This document shows positions 22,756 through 33,315 of a DNA stretch of 64,000 nt, piece by piece. The stretch is from an uncultured bacterium (lineage in GTDB: Bacteria > Verrucomicrobiota > Verrucomicrobiia > Limisphaerales > UBA8199). How positions within the stretch are numbered: the first letter of the stretch is position 1; every line of letters starts with the position of its first letter. The notes under the pieces were generated by a model. That model was not told where the DNA came from. It saw only the letters and a list, made by a program, of their open reading frames with translations, and ran no database searches. The stretch is from the NCBI GenBank assembly GCA_963749495.1, contig CAVVMW010000006.1, positions 960,001 to 1,024,000 of the forward strand. The letters are read 5' to 3'. A program made the translations under genes and the position numbers.

Positions 22756-24690
22756 ATGACTTCCAGCAGCTCGGATGTGCGGACGCCGCTGGCGACAACG
22801 CATGGCGCAAGCCCGGGAAGGGAATTGCATGGCGATCCGCATGGCTGCCTACATGAGCGGGGGTTCCGCCGAACAGCGGCGCCGGTCCATCGGAGTCGGC
22901 GCTATACCGAACCGCTGCCGGTTGGATTGGCCAGGTCCGTGCCTCTGCGCCGGGCCATTGTGGTGGGCGTCAGCCTGCTCCTCGCGGCTGCGGCTTGGGC
23001 CTCCTTGAACCCCAGAGCGCCGGGGTTACACATTGGCGCCCTGGGGGCTGCGCAAGGCGCGCTATATTTCATTCTGCTAGCGATGGGGCTGCTCAACCTG
23101 CTGCTCTACCTCATCGGCAGCGCTCTACCCAATGGGCAGAAGTTCTCTGCAGCCTGCTTCGAGGATGGCCCAGCGGCGGCAGGCCGTGTGGCGCTCGTCA
23201 TGCCGATTTTCCACGAGGACACCGGAAGGGTCTGCGAAGGCGTGCGGCTGACGTGGCAGAGCGTCGAGCGCCTGGGCTTGGACCGGCAATGTGATTTCTA
23301 TCTCCTGTGTGACAGCGAAGCTCCGGAATGCCGGCGGCGGGAAGAGGTGATGTACCGGAAACTATTGCCGAACTTCGCGCCCGAAGCCAGCGGCAGCGGC
23401 CGACTGTTCCTGCTCAGGCGGCCCGACCGCCGGAATTTCAAAGCCGGGAACATCATGAACTTCCTGGACCGGCACGGCGACAGCTACGATTTCATGGTGG
23501 TCCTGGATGCCGATAGCGTCATGCTGGGGGAAACCATCCGGCGCCTCATCCTGAGGATGGAGAACGAGCCTGGAACTGCGGTCATTCAGACGGTGGTGGT
23601 TCCGATGGGCTCGGTGACCCCCTTCGCCCGGGCGATGCAGTATTCGACCGCTCGCTGCCTGCCGCTTTATGCCAAGGGCATGTACTGGTTCCTGGGACCG
23701 GACTCGGTTTATTGGGGGCACAACGCGTTGATCCGGATTGACCCGTTCAAGGCGCATTGCCGGTTGCCGACCCTGCCGGGCAAGCCGCCGCTGGGCGGGC
23801 CGGTGCTGAGCCAGGACATCGTGGAGGCCGCGTTCCTCGGGCGAGCGGGTTGGGAGATCGCCTGGGACGTGGAGAGCGGCGGCTCGTTTGACGAACTGCC
23901 GGCAAACATTCTCTCTTACGGCCGGCGGGACCGGCGCTGGTGCCAGGGTAATTTCCAACACTCCCGGTTCATTTTGGCCCCCGGAATGAAGCTGGGCCAC
24001 CGGCTCTATTTTGCCAACGGGATCTTTGCCTACCTTGGCGGGCCGCTCGTGCTCGCCCTGATTTGGATCGGCTTGGCCCAGGCATGGAGAGCGCACGCCC
24101 AGCAGGCCCAACCAGCGCTGCTGTGGGCGTCTTTGGCCTTGCTCTGGATCCAGTTGCTCACGCCGCGTTTGTTGGGCCTTCACCGGGCCTGGAATGGCCG
24201 GAATCGCGAGCCGGCCGGGACCAAGTCCAGCAGAGGCTTGTGGACGGAGATCGCTTCGACCGCGTCCGAGCTCTTGCTGAGTCTTCTGCTCGGCCCGGCG
24301 CTTTTCTACCTGCACGCGCGGTTTGTCCTCGAAATCCTCACGGGTGGCCAAGTGTCCTGGAACAACCAGTCCCGCGACCCGCGCCAGGGGACTTCATGGC
24401 GCGAGGCCTGGCGGGCCTTTTGGCTGCCGACGGGTACTCGGGGTCCTGGGGGTCCTGGCAGTGCAACGGGTCGGGTTCCCGCTGGCCCTGTTCCTGGTTC
24501 CAGTTGTGGCGGGCTGGCTGCTCTCCGTGCCGCTGGCCGTGTGGACGTTCGAGCCCATCGGCCGGCGAGCGGTTGGTGCGGCTTGGCCTTTTCCAGGACC
24601 TGCTCAGTGAATCCGAGGCGAGCCAACTTGGCACAGGTAAGTGCAGAGTGCGGAGTGCGGAGTGCGGAGTGCAACAGGGCGGGAGCCTGA
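22756..24690 (+). CDS. mdoH: Glucans biosynthesis glucosyltransferase MdoH/OpgH-like (GT2); frameshifted near the C-terminus, ends approximate
   Basis: MPIFHED, KAGNI, VLDADSVM, YWGHNALIR, LSQDIVEA, RDRRWCQGN. Confidence 0.85.
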   Translation: MTSSSSDVRTPLATTHGASPGRELHGDPHGCLHERGFRRTAAPVHRSRRYTEPLPVGLARSVPLRRAIVVGVSLLLAAAAWASLNPRAPGLHIGALGAAQGALYFILLAMGLLNLLLYLIGSALPNGQKFSAACFEDGPAAAGRVALVMPIFHEDTGRVCEGVRLTWQSVERLGLDRQCDFYLLCDSEAPECRRREEVMYRKLLPNFAPEASGSGRLFLLRRPDRRNFKAGNIMNFLDRHGDSYDFMVVLDADSVMLGETIRRLILRMENEPGTAVIQTVVVPMGSVTPFARAMQYSTARCLPLYAKGMYWFLGPDSVYWGHNALIRIDPFKAHCRLPTLPGKPPLGGPVLSQDIVEAAFLGRAGWEIAWDVESGGSFDELPANILSYGRRDRRWCQGNFQHSRFILAPGMKLGHRLYFANGIFAYLGGPLVLALIWIGLAQAWRAHAQQAQPALLWASLALLWIQLLTPRLLGLHRAWNGRNREPAGTKSSRGLWTEIASTASELLLSLLLGPALFYLHARFVLEILTGGQVSWNNQSRDPRQGTSWREAWRAFWLPTGTRGPGGPGSATGRVPAGPVPGSSCGGLAALRAAGRVDVRAHRPASGWCGLAFSRTCSVNPRRANLAQVSAECGVRSAECNRAGA

Positions 24691-24881
24691 GAAGCGAGGG
24701 GGACAAGGAGCCAATGACGAATGACGAATGACGAATGACGAATGACGAATGCAGAAGGGCGTCCGTTCTGGGTGCTTTTGTCGCTTTAGTCGCTTTCGTC
24801 CCTTTTGTCCCTTTGGGCTTGGGCCTTGCCAGCGGTGGCAGATATGGGACAATCTCTGTGCAAGACGCCGCCAGTGCGAAT

Positions 24882-25754
24882 ATGAATGTTCATCACCTGG
24901 AGCTCTTTTATTACGTTGCCCGCTATGGAGGGATAACCGAGGCCGTGCGCAATATTCCTTACGGCATCCAGCAACCGGCCGTGAGCGGGCAGGTGGCGCA
25001 GTTGGAGGAGTTCCTGGGGGCAACGCTCTTTCAGCGCCGGCCGTTTGCCCTGACGCCGGCCGGGCAGAGGCTCTACCAATTCGTGTATCCGTTCTTTTCG
25101 AACCTGGACGCTGTAGCGGCGGAGTTGCAAGGCGGCCAGGCGCGGCACATCCGTATCGGCGCCTCGACGCTGGTGCTTCGGGACCACTTGCCGATGCTCT
25201 TCGAGCGAGTGCGCAAGAAGTACCCGAGTTTCAAGGTGAGCTTGCGGGAGGGCTACCAGGCCGAGCTGGAGGCCCTGCTGCAGAAGGAGGAACTGGACTT
25301 GGCGGTGACGGTGATCGAGAAGAAGTCGGCGCCGGGCATTCACGCGCTGGCGCTGATCGAGGTGCCGTTGGTTTTGTTGGTGCAGAAGAGCCATCCGCTC
25401 ACCTCGGCGGAGCAGCTCTGGCGGCGCGACAAGATCGAGGAGGCCCTGATTTGCCTGCCCGCGATAGAGGCGATCTGCAAACATTTCCAGCAGGGCCTCT
25501 TGCGGGCGGGAGTGGACTGGTTCCCGAGCATCGAGGTCAGCTCGCTCGACCTGATCGAGACTTACGTGGCCAATGGGTTCGGCATCGGGCTGTCGGTGCT
25601 GGCGCCCAAGGCGCAGTTCTCGCCCCAGGTCCGTGTGCTGCCGCTGCCGGATTTCTCTCCGATTATCGTCGGGGCGCTCTGGCGGGGCAAGTCTGGCGCC
25701 CTGCTCCAGGCCTTTCTGGCCGAGATGCAGGCGCATGCAAAGCAATTGGCGTGA
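24882..25754 (+). CDS. LysR-family transcriptional regulator
   Basis: MNVHHLELFYYVA..QPAVSGQVAQLE..LG..LF.R..LTPAG. Confidence 0.93.
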   Translation: MNVHHLELFYYVARYGGITEAVRNIPYGIQQPAVSGQVAQLEEFLGATLFQRRPFALTPAGQRLYQFVYPFFSNLDAVAAELQGGQARHIRIGASTLVLRDHLPMLFERVRKKYPSFKVSLREGYQAELEALLQKEELDLAVTVIEKKSAPGIHALALIEVPLVLLVQKSHPLTSAEQLWRRDKIEEALICLPAIEAICKHFQQGLLRAGVDWFPSIEVSSLDLIETYVANGFGIGLSVLAPKAQFSPQVRVLPLPDFSPIIVGALWRGKSGALLQAFLAEMQAHAKQLA

Positions 25755-26062
25755 GCTGCCGCCGGGTCCGCGTCCGCGCGAGGTCAAAGCTGCGACGGGC
25801 GGAAAGGACAAAAAGGACCCAAGGGACAAAAGGGACGCGATGACACCGGTCTGCCGGGAGGTTGGGAAAGGAGATTCTGTTTTCAGGCCGGCGTCCGCGC
25901 CCCTTTGGCGTTGGGCAATCCCAAGACAAAAATGCCTTAAAACAAGACACACGGCGGCCGGGCGCGCGCCGAGCGTCGAGGGGCATCCGCTCCGGGTTTT
26001 CTCGACCCTTGGCGCTGGAGGCACGACCCTGGACGCTCACAATGCGCGAGGGCGGCCAAAGG

Positions 26063-26078
26063 TGGCAATGAAATTGCT
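26063..26078 (+). promoter_or_regulatory. sigma54 promoter upstream of the pilin-like genes
   Basis: TGGCAA-TGAAA-TTGCT. Confidence 0.6.
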
Positions 26079-26145
26079 AATGGGAGGCATTGGACCACTG
26101 CCGCGATGAGCGGACAAGCAGGAGTGGTCGCGAGCGAGAACCGTC

Positions 26146-26628
26146 ATGTGCCTGTCAGCGCCAGCAAAAAGCCGTCGAACAGCCCGTGGCAGCGCCTTCA
26201 CCTTGGCGGAGGTGGTGATCGCCGTCGCGGTGCTGGCGCTGGTGATGGGCAGCGTCATTCTCTCGTACATCCAGACGTGCGATCGGGCGCAATGGTCGGG
26301 CTACGCGCTGGCAGCGCAGGGCCTGGCAATCCAGCAACTGGAGCAGGCCCGCGCGGCGGCGATGGACCCCAACGGCCCGGTCTGCGAGTTGACCAACATC
26401 GCCCCAAGCGGCACTACGACCAGCGCGGCCATCATGGATCTCCCGGTCTCGGGCACCAACTATGTCTGGGCCACGAATTACGTCAGCATCAAGGTCATCA
26501 CCAATTCAATCAATCCCCCGGTCAGCTTCTACATGGTGCGAGTGGACACGGTCTGGCCCCTGGTGCGAAACGGCGTCGTGCAGTATGCCAGCAACTCGGC
26601 GGCCTGCTATTACACGGAGGACTATTGA
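26146..26628 (+). CDS. Prepilin-type N-terminal cleavage domain protein (PilV/GspI-like)
   Basis: GSA|FTLAEVVIAVAVLAL class III signal. Confidence 0.8.
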   Translation: MCLSAPAKSRRTARGSAFTLAEVVIAVAVLALVMGSVILSYIQTCDRAQWSGYALAAQGLAIQQLEQARAAAMDPNGPVCELTNIAPSGTTTSAAIMDLPVSGTNYVWATNYVSIKVITNSINPPVSFYMVRVDTVWPLVRNGVVQYASNSAACYYTEDY

Positions 26629-26631
26629 ACC

Positions 26632-27294
26632 ATGAGAGCGGGGTGTCATCCAGAGCGGGGTCGCGGGGTCGCTGCGCTCCGCGCCGGGGCGCGCCGGCGC
26701 CGGGCCATGACCCTGATCGAGTTGGTCGTGGCCAGCGCCGTCTTCAGCCTGGCGGTCCTGGGGTTGGTCTATGTGCAGATGTTCATTATGAAGTATAATG
26801 AGCTGACCTTGAGCAAGGTTGGGGCGAGCGAGATGTCGCGGATGAGCTTCAACAACCTGGTCAACGACGTGCGGACCTCGTGGACCTGGGCGGTCGGCAC
26901 CGGCGATCTGAACAGCTTCACCCCGGTCGCCAACGGCAACCCGCAAATGGGCACCGCCCTCCAGCTTAGCCCCACCCAGGACACCAATAAATACGTCCGC
27001 TACTTCTTCGCCACCAGCCTCACGCCCAACGTCACCAATTTCATGCTCTGCCGCATGACCAACGGCATGTCCACTTACACCGTCGTGGCCCAAAACCTCA
27101 CCAACAACCTCTATACGAACATGTTCGTTGCCGAAGACTACCTGGGCAACATGCTCACGACCCTGCGCTACAAGTTCATTATCCACGTCGTCCTGGAGTT
27201 CTGCCAGTACCAATATCCCCTGACCGTCGTCGGTCCGGGCTATTATTACGACAACTACAAGATGGAGTTCCGCGTGGCCTCGCACAACCTATGA
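26632..27294 (+). CDS. Prepilin-type protein (PilW/GspJ-like)
   Basis: RRA|MTLIELVVASAVFSL. Confidence 0.8.
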   Translation: MRAGCHPERGRGVAALRAGARRRRAMTLIELVVASAVFSLAVLGLVYVQMFIMKYNELTLSKVGASEMSRMSFNNLVNDVRTSWTWAVGTGDLNSFTPVANGNPQMGTALQLSPTQDTNKYVRYFFATSLTPNVTNFMLCRMTNGMSTYTVVAQNLTNNLYTNMFVAEDYLGNMLTTLRYKFIIHVVLEFCQYQYPLTVVGPGYYYDNYKMEFRVASHNL

Positions 27295-29121
27295 GGCATA
27301 TGACAACCCGAACCCGAACCCCCACCCGCCGCCGCTCGGGCGGCTACGCCCTGGTCATGGTCCTGTCGGCGGCAGCGGTGCTGCTGCTGGTGTTGGCCTC
27401 GACGATGCTTCGCACGGCGAGCGTGGCGAGGACCAACGACCGCAACCGGCAATTCACCACGGGCCTTTACGCCGCCGAGGCCGCCTGCGAGAAGGTGGTG
27501 GCCCGGATGCGCAGCGATTACCGCAACGGCGCCTCGATTTCGAACAGCCTGTCGATCTACCGCGCCATGGTGCCGAACACGGGCGAGGACCCTTACTGGG
27601 GCAATTTCCAGTTTTCGGACGGGGTTGGCAATGCCAACAGCACTTATGTGAATTGCACCTCGAACACCATTTATGCGATTCTGACGGGGCCCTACGCCGG
27701 TCTCAACGGGTGGAAGACGGTTTACCGGGTGCTCTCGAACGTGACGCAGCCCAACAGCGCTTACAATATCACCAATGCCTGCCAGCAGGACCTCGAGTGC
27801 AACGTCGTGCCGGTGTTCCAGTTCGCCATCTTCTATAACAGCCTGCTCGAGTTCACCTGGGCGGCCCCGCTCACGGTCCGCGGCCCCGTTCACGCCAACA
27901 GCAGCATCTTTCTCGGGTCGAGCTGCGCCCTCGCCTTCTACGCCTTCGCGAGCTCCAGCAGCGTCATCACGAAAACCAATTGGGGCGGCTACACCATGAG
28001 CCAATTCACGGGCGCGATCACGTTTGCAACCAACCTCTACGGCGGCTACGCCACCAATTACCCGGTCCTGACTCTGCCCATCGGCACCAACAACACACCA
28101 GAACGCCGTCCGCGAAGTCATCAACATGCCGCCTGCGGGTGAAAGCCCCACCTCCACCATGGGCTCGCTGCGCTACTACAACATGGCCGGCATGGACCTG
28201 CTGGTCAGCAATACCACGGTGACGGCCATCATCAAGAACTGCTCGACCGATCCCTCGCCCATCACGATCAACAGCGCCACCAACACCTCGAGCCTGGCCA
28301 CCAATTTCCCCTTTCTCACGATCTCCAACACCTTTACCGATCAGCGCGAGGGCAAGACGGTGAGCGCCTCGCAGATCGATATGGGCAGCCTCAACACCTG
28401 GGCTTCCACCAACTCCTCGATCAACGCCAAGCACACCACCAGCAATCCCTTCAACATCCTTTACGTCGCCGATAACCGCACCGGCGGCACCAATCTACTC
28501 TTCGCCGTCCGCCTCACCGACGGCCTGGCGCTCCCTCCCGGCACCACCCCGAACGGCTCGCCGAGCGGCTTTAGTGTGGCCACGCCCAACCCGCTCTATG
28601 TTTGGGGCAATTACAACTGCACCAACGCCGCCTACCTCAACACCACCAACACCACGGCCACCGTGCCCGCCTCGCTCGCCGCGGACACCCTGACCGTTCT
28701 CTCGCCCGCCTGGCAGGATTCGCAGAGCAGTGGCTCATTCAATTCCCGCGTCGCCTCCAGCACGACCCTCAACGCCGCCATCATCGCCGGCGTCGTCTAT
28801 ACCGCCGGCTCGACCGGCAACTCCCCTTTCAGCGGCGGCGTCGTGAACCTGCCGCGGCTCCTCGAAAACTGGGGCAACGGCGGCTCGACGACCCTGACCT
28901 TGAACACCTCGATGGTCAACCTCTACAACAGCGTCCGCGCCACCGCCCCCTGGCAGACGCCCGGCGTCTATTACTACGCCCCGACCCGCAACTTCAACTT
29001 CGACCAGAATTTCCAGAGCCAGAACGGGCTGCCCCCGGGCACGCCCATGGTCAATTACATCTATCGCCAGACCTGGACCGTCCCCCCGCCCAACACGACC
29101 AACTACTATGTCGGACAATAA
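27291..29121 (+). CDS. Large PilX/GspK-like minor pilin (frameshift near 28100)
   Basis: SGG|YALVMVL without Glu5; PVFQFAIFY; C-terminal SGGVVNLPRLLENW..LPPGTP. Confidence 0.75.
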
Positions 29122-29749
29122 TGGCTTTTGGCGCTCTGCGCTCGCCTTGTGCTCCTGCCTGCTGATCGGCTCGGCCCGTGCCGGCGAACCCGCGGACAAG
29201 GCCCCCGCCAAACCGCCGCCGCTCCAGGCCCAGGTCAGGACGGACTGCGAGGCGGGGTCGGTGCCGGCGCGCCGCGCCTTCGTCACGGCGGGGACAAACC
29301 GTTTCGCGTTCAGCGTGCCCGAGGGATTCCGCCTGGAGGCATCAAACCCGGAGTTGGTCTCGCTCGTCAGCGCGGATTACCATTCCTTGCTGACCTTCCG
29401 TGTCGCCGCGCCCTGTGCTCCGGCGGCCCAGCAGCCCCAGGCCGCGGCCTGGCGCCAGACGGTGCTCGACCAGCATCCCAAGGCCGCCATCCTCGCGGAA
29501 TTCACGCTCTCGGCCGCCAACCGCTCCGGTCCGGCCTTCGATGCGGCCTGGAGCACTGCCGGCAGCCTGCCGCGCTGCCAGCGCGTGGCCTTCATCCCCT
29601 CGATGGTCGGCACTCTGGAATTGAGCCTGGTCTGCACCCCGGAGGCCTTCGAGAAGGGCCGCTACGACCTCAATTTGCTCCTGCTCACCTTTCGCGCCAG
29701 CGATGCCCAAGGCAAGCTGGACCTGCCGCGGTTCTCCAACAAGTTCTGA
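29108..29749 (+). CDS. Exported hypothetical protein
   Basis: Signal peptide; overlaps the upstream stop. Confidence 0.6.
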   Translation: MSDNNGFWRSALALCSCLLIGSARAGEPADKAPAKPPPLQAQVRTDCEAGSVPARRAFVTAGTNRFAFSVPEGFRLEASNPELVSLVSADYHSLLTFRVAAPCAPAAQQPQAAAWRQTVLDQHPKAAILAEFTLSAANRSGPAFDAAWSTAGSLPRCQRVAFIPSMVGTLELSLVCTPEAFEKGRYDLNLLLLTFRASDAQGKLDLPRFSNKF

Positions 29750-29864
29750 TCGGGACAAGTTATGTCCGTATTGTGGACAACCGGAATTGGGGGGGGTTGG
29801 CCTGGGGGCGGCGATGCTGCGGCAATCCAGCCAACAAGCCGCCTGGGGCAGGGCGGATGGAGTA

Positions 29865-29880
29865 TGGCACGTGGTTTGCA
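29865..29880 (+). promoter_or_regulatory. sigma54 promoter upstream of pilM
   Basis: TGGCAC-GTGGT-TTGCA, a full consensus match 30 bp before the ATG. Confidence 0.8.
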
Positions 29881-29909
29881 GCCAGGCGCAGAGGACTGTT
29901 GAATGGACC

Positions 29910-30989
29910 ATGGGTTTGCAATTATTTAACCGGAACGGGAAGAGGCGGGACCACCTGGTGTCAATCGACCTGGGCGGGCGGACGACCAAGGCGGTGGAGT
30001 TGCGGCGCAACGGCGCGGGTTTTGTCCTCACCAGCTATGCCTTGCTGGACGCGCCGATCTATGAGAAGGGCCTCTCGGCCGATTTGCTGGCCGAGCACCT
30101 GCGCAATGTCCTCCAGGCCCTGGGCAGCGGCAGCCGTTCGGTCACGCTGGCCCTGGGCGTGAGCGACTCGGTAGTGCGGCACGCGGACCTGCCGGGCATG
30201 CCGATCCAGGACATGCGCCAGGTGCTCAAGAACAACAGCAAGAATTATCTGCAACAGGACCTGCCGGGACACATCTTCGATTGCTGCGTGCTTCCCTTCC
30301 GCGCCAGCGATAAGCCGGGCGACAAGGCCAAGCCGGGACCCAACGGGGCCAGGTATCGGGTGCTGGTTGCCGGCGCCAGGAAACAGCTTATCGAGGAGAT
30401 CCAGGCGGCGGTCAAGGCCGCCGGGCTGGTTGCCGATGCGATCGTGCCGGGATTAGTGGGGCCGGTCAACGCCTTCGAGCTGGCCATGCCGGAGGTTTTT
30501 TCCCGCGGGGTCATCGCCCTGGTGGACCTGGGGTTCAGGAACACCACGATTTGCCTGCTGCAGGAGGGCGAACTGGTCATGAGCCGCGTGGTGGCCCTGG
30601 GCGGGGACAAGCTGACCACCGGCCTGGCGGAGGCCCTGGGGATCAGTTATGCCGAGGCCGAGGGCATCAAGGTCGGCATGCCGGGCGAGGTCCAGGCGGC
30701 CCTTGAGTCCCTGGTCCTGCCCCTGGGCCGCGAGCTGCGCGCCTCCGTCGACTTCTTCGAGCATCAGCAGGACAAGCCCATCACCGGGGTCTTCATCACC
30801 GGGGCCTCGGCCCGCTCCGAGTTCATCGTTCGCGCGCTCCAGACCGACTTGGCGGTCGAGTGCAAGCCGTGGAACCCGATGACTTTTCTCCAGCCCGTCC
30901 TGTCGGCCCCGCTGGCCGCCGAGCTGGAACCTGCCGCGCCGCAGTTGACCGTGGCCATCGGCGCGGTCGTCCCTTCCTTCCAGCTCTAG
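29910..30989 (+). CDS. pilM: Type IV pilus assembly protein PilM
   Basis: Actin-like SIDLGGRTTKAV, LVDLG..T, GGDKLT..LA..LGISYAEAE, ELRASVDFF. Confidence 0.85.
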   Translation: MGLQLFNRNGKRRDHLVSIDLGGRTTKAVELRRNGAGFVLTSYALLDAPIYEKGLSADLLAEHLRNVLQALGSGSRSVTLALGVSDSVVRHADLPGMPIQDMRQVLKNNSKNYLQQDLPGHIFDCCVLPFRASDKPGDKAKPGPNGARYRVLVAGARKQLIEEIQAAVKAAGLVADAIVPGLVGPVNAFELAMPEVFSRGVIALVDLGFRNTTICLLQEGELVMSRVVALGGDKLTTGLAEALGISYAEAEGIKVGMPGEVQAALESLVLPLGRELRASVDFFEHQQDKPITGVFITGASARSEFIVRALQTDLAVECKPWNPMTFLQPVLSAPLAAELEPAAPQLTVAIGAVVPSFQL

Positions 30990-30992
30990 CTT

Positions 30993-31670
30993 ATGCCCAT
31001 TTGCCTCAATCTGCTGGCTGAAGCCCAGGCCCTCGAAGAAATGCGCCGCCGGGACCCGGTCAAGCGCGCGATCTGGATTGCCGCCTCTGTGGTCTTTTTG
31101 GTCCTGGCGTGGGGCGGCTCGCTCCAGTTCAACGCCTTGTTAGCCAGGCACGAGGTCGGCCGGATGGAGGCCAGGCTTGCCATGCACACCAACGCCTATC
31201 GGCTGGTGCTCGACAACCAGAGGAAGCTCGGCGATGCCCATACGCGGCTGAGCGCACTGTGCCAACTCTCCACAAACCGCTTCCTCCAGGGCAGCCTCTT
31301 GAACGCCTTGCAGCAGGCCACCCTCGATGATGTCCAGCTCACTCGCTTCCGCTCCGACCAAACCTACGTCCTGACCGAGGAGGTCAAGCCAGGCACCGAT
31401 CCCGAGAACCGCTCCACCCTCCTCCGGGCTGCCACCGCCACCGAAAAGATAGCCCTCATTCTCGAAGCCAAGGACACCAGCAGCTCCAATCCCGGCGACC
31501 AGATCAACAAATTCAAAAAGGCCATTGCCGAATGCCCCTATTTCCAGAGTGCCCTGGGCAAGACCAACGAGCCGCGCCTGGCTAATCTCTCTCCTCCCCG
31601 CAACGGCCCCGACGGGGCGGCCTACGTCGCCTTCACCCTCGAATGCCGGTTTCCGGACAAGACCCGATGA
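30993..31670 (+). CDS. PilN-like protein
   Basis: N-terminal LNLL motif, TM helix and coiled coil; follows pilM. Confidence 0.7.
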   Translation: MPICLNLLAEAQALEEMRRRDPVKRAIWIAASVVFLVLAWGGSLQFNALLARHEVGRMEARLAMHTNAYRLVLDNQRKLGDAHTRLSALCQLSTNRFLQGSLLNALQQATLDDVQLTRFRSDQTYVLTEEVKPGTDPENRSTLLRAATATEKIALILEAKDTSSSNPGDQINKFKKAIAECPYFQSALGKTNEPRLANLSPPRNGPDGAAYVAFTLECRFPDKTR

Positions 31671-32248
31671 ACAAGCTGCCGAAGGAAAAACGCAACCGCT
31701 TGGTGCTGGTGGCTGGGATGACGGGCCTGGCGCTGGCCGTGCTGTGGACCGTCTTGATCGGCCCGCTCAAGGCGAACCTGCGCGCGTTGGGCAGCCGCAA
31801 AGCCGCCGTGGCGCACAAGCTCCAGCAGGTCAACTTCGCCATCAAGAACGCCGACCATATCGAGGCCGACCTTGCCGAGTCGAGCGCGGCCCTGGCTAAA
31901 ATCAAGGCCGGCATGGCGTGCGGCAACCTCTATTCCTGGGCCATCAACACCGTCCGCGATTTCAAGCTCTCCTATCGCGTGGATATCCCCCAGTTCGGCC
32001 AGGTCGAGGGCCCTCGGGACATGACCTTGCTGCCTCAATTCCCCTACAAGCAAGCGGCCCTCACCATCAGCGGCAGCGCCCTCTTTCACGACCTCGGAAA
32101 GTTCCTCGCCGATTTCGAAAACCATTTCCCCTACCTCCGGATCGCCAACCTCAGCCTCGAACCGATCCCGGCCCTGGCGTCCGCCGACCAGGAAAAACTG
32201 GCCTTCAAAATGGACATCATCTTCCTGGTCAAGCCCGATGCCGGTTGA
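31667..32248 (+). CDS. PilO-like protein
   Basis: TM helix, coiled coil, G.A.FHDLGKFLADFEN..PYLRI. Confidence 0.7.
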   Translation: MNKLPKEKRNRLVLVAGMTGLALAVLWTVLIGPLKANLRALGSRKAAVAHKLQQVNFAIKNADHIEADLAESSAALAKIKAGMACGNLYSWAINTVRDFKLSYRVDIPQFGQVEGPRDMTLLPQFPYKQAALTISGSALFHDLGKFLADFENHFPYLRIANLSLEPIPALASADQEKLAFKMDIIFLVKPDAG

Positions 32249-32789
32249 TTTGCCCGCAAGGTCTATGTTCAGAATCTCCAAGCGCGCCTCGGGTCCCGGC
32301 TCATCGGCCGCCTTCCTGCAAGCCCTGCCTGATATGTCCCGCTGGCTCTGGCTTGTGCTGCCCGCCTGGCTCCTGCACGCCGCCGTTGTCCACGCAGCCA
32401 GCACGCCCGCCCCGGCCGTTCAGCCTCCGACCAACAGCAATCCCGTCGCCGCCATCGCCTCCCCCATCCCCCAATCGATCTTTATCATTCCTGCCAGCCC
32501 AAAAGACGGACGCAACCCCTTCTTCCCGCGCTCGACTCTCAACTCCCCGGTCGTCAAACCCAAGCCGTTGACTGTGGACACCTCGGCCGTGGTGCTCAAC
32601 GGGCTGACCAGCCCGCCCCGGCCCACCGCCATGATCAACGGGCGTACCTTCGAAAGGGGCGAAAGCGGCGAGGTCAGGCTCCCGACAGGCGCCAGGGTCC
32701 GCATCCAATGCCTGGAAATCAGGGCCGATGCCGTGGTGGTGGTGGTCGGCTCCCAGCGCTGCGAGTTGCACCTCCGCAAGGCGCTCTAA
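32238..32789 (+). CDS. PilP/GspC-like protein (start uncertain)
   Basis: GRNPFFP, LNGL..TAMINGRTFERGE; lies between pilO-like and secretin genes. Confidence 0.6.
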   Translation: MPVDLPARSMFRISKRASGPGSSAAFLQALPDMSRWLWLVLPAWLLHAAVVHAASTPAPAVQPPTNSNPVAAIASPIPQSIFIIPASPKDGRNPFFPRSTLNSPVVKPKPLTVDTSAVVLNGLTSPPRPTAMINGRTFERGESGEVRLPTGARVRIQCLEIRADAVVVVVGSQRCELHLRKAL

Positions 32790-32790
32790 G

Positions 32791-33150
32791 ACAGTCCACA
32801 GTCCACAGTCCACGGTCCACAGTCCACGGTCCAGAGTCCACGGTCCACAGTCCAGAGTCCACAGTCCACAGTCCACGGTCCAGAGTCCACGGTCCACAGT
32901 CCACGGTCCACAGTCCACAGTCCAGAGTCCACAGTCGGAGAGCGGAAGGGCGGAGCTCTACTTCACCGGATATCGGATGACTTTCCCCTCTTTGTCGCAG
33001 CCTTTGTCGCGACCTTTGTCGAATTGGGCCGGTTTTCGGCAAAGGTCGCGACAAAGGCAACGACAAAGGTTGAGAAAGTCACTCAAAGTCCCCCGCAACA
33101 GGGTGGATCTCGGAAGTCTGGACTGTGGACTGGCCTGTGGACTGTGGACT
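32791..33150. repeat. Inverted heptamer arrays (GTCCACA/GTCCACG)~20 and (TGTGGAC)n enclosing a palindromic MITE-like element
   Basis: Array 32791-32935, TTTGTCGC/GCGACAAAGG palindrome 32963-33092, inverse array 33117-33150. Confidence 0.9.
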
Positions 33151-33237
33151 GAACTTGTCCCATCGATGGACATCCTTTCGGCGCAATGGTCACGTTTCTT
33201 GGCGCGCGGGTTTGCGGAACAGGCCCTGGACGGGTGT

Positions 33238-33253
33238 TGGCACCATGGCTGCT
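33238..33253 (+). promoter_or_regulatory. Probable sigma54 promoter upstream of the secretin gene
   Basis: TGGCAC-CATGG-CTGCT. Confidence 0.5.
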
Positions 33254-33315
33254 AAGAGGTTTGAGACCGGACACCGGGTTGGGTATGGCCAGTCAATCGA
33301 AATCAACGTTGTGAT

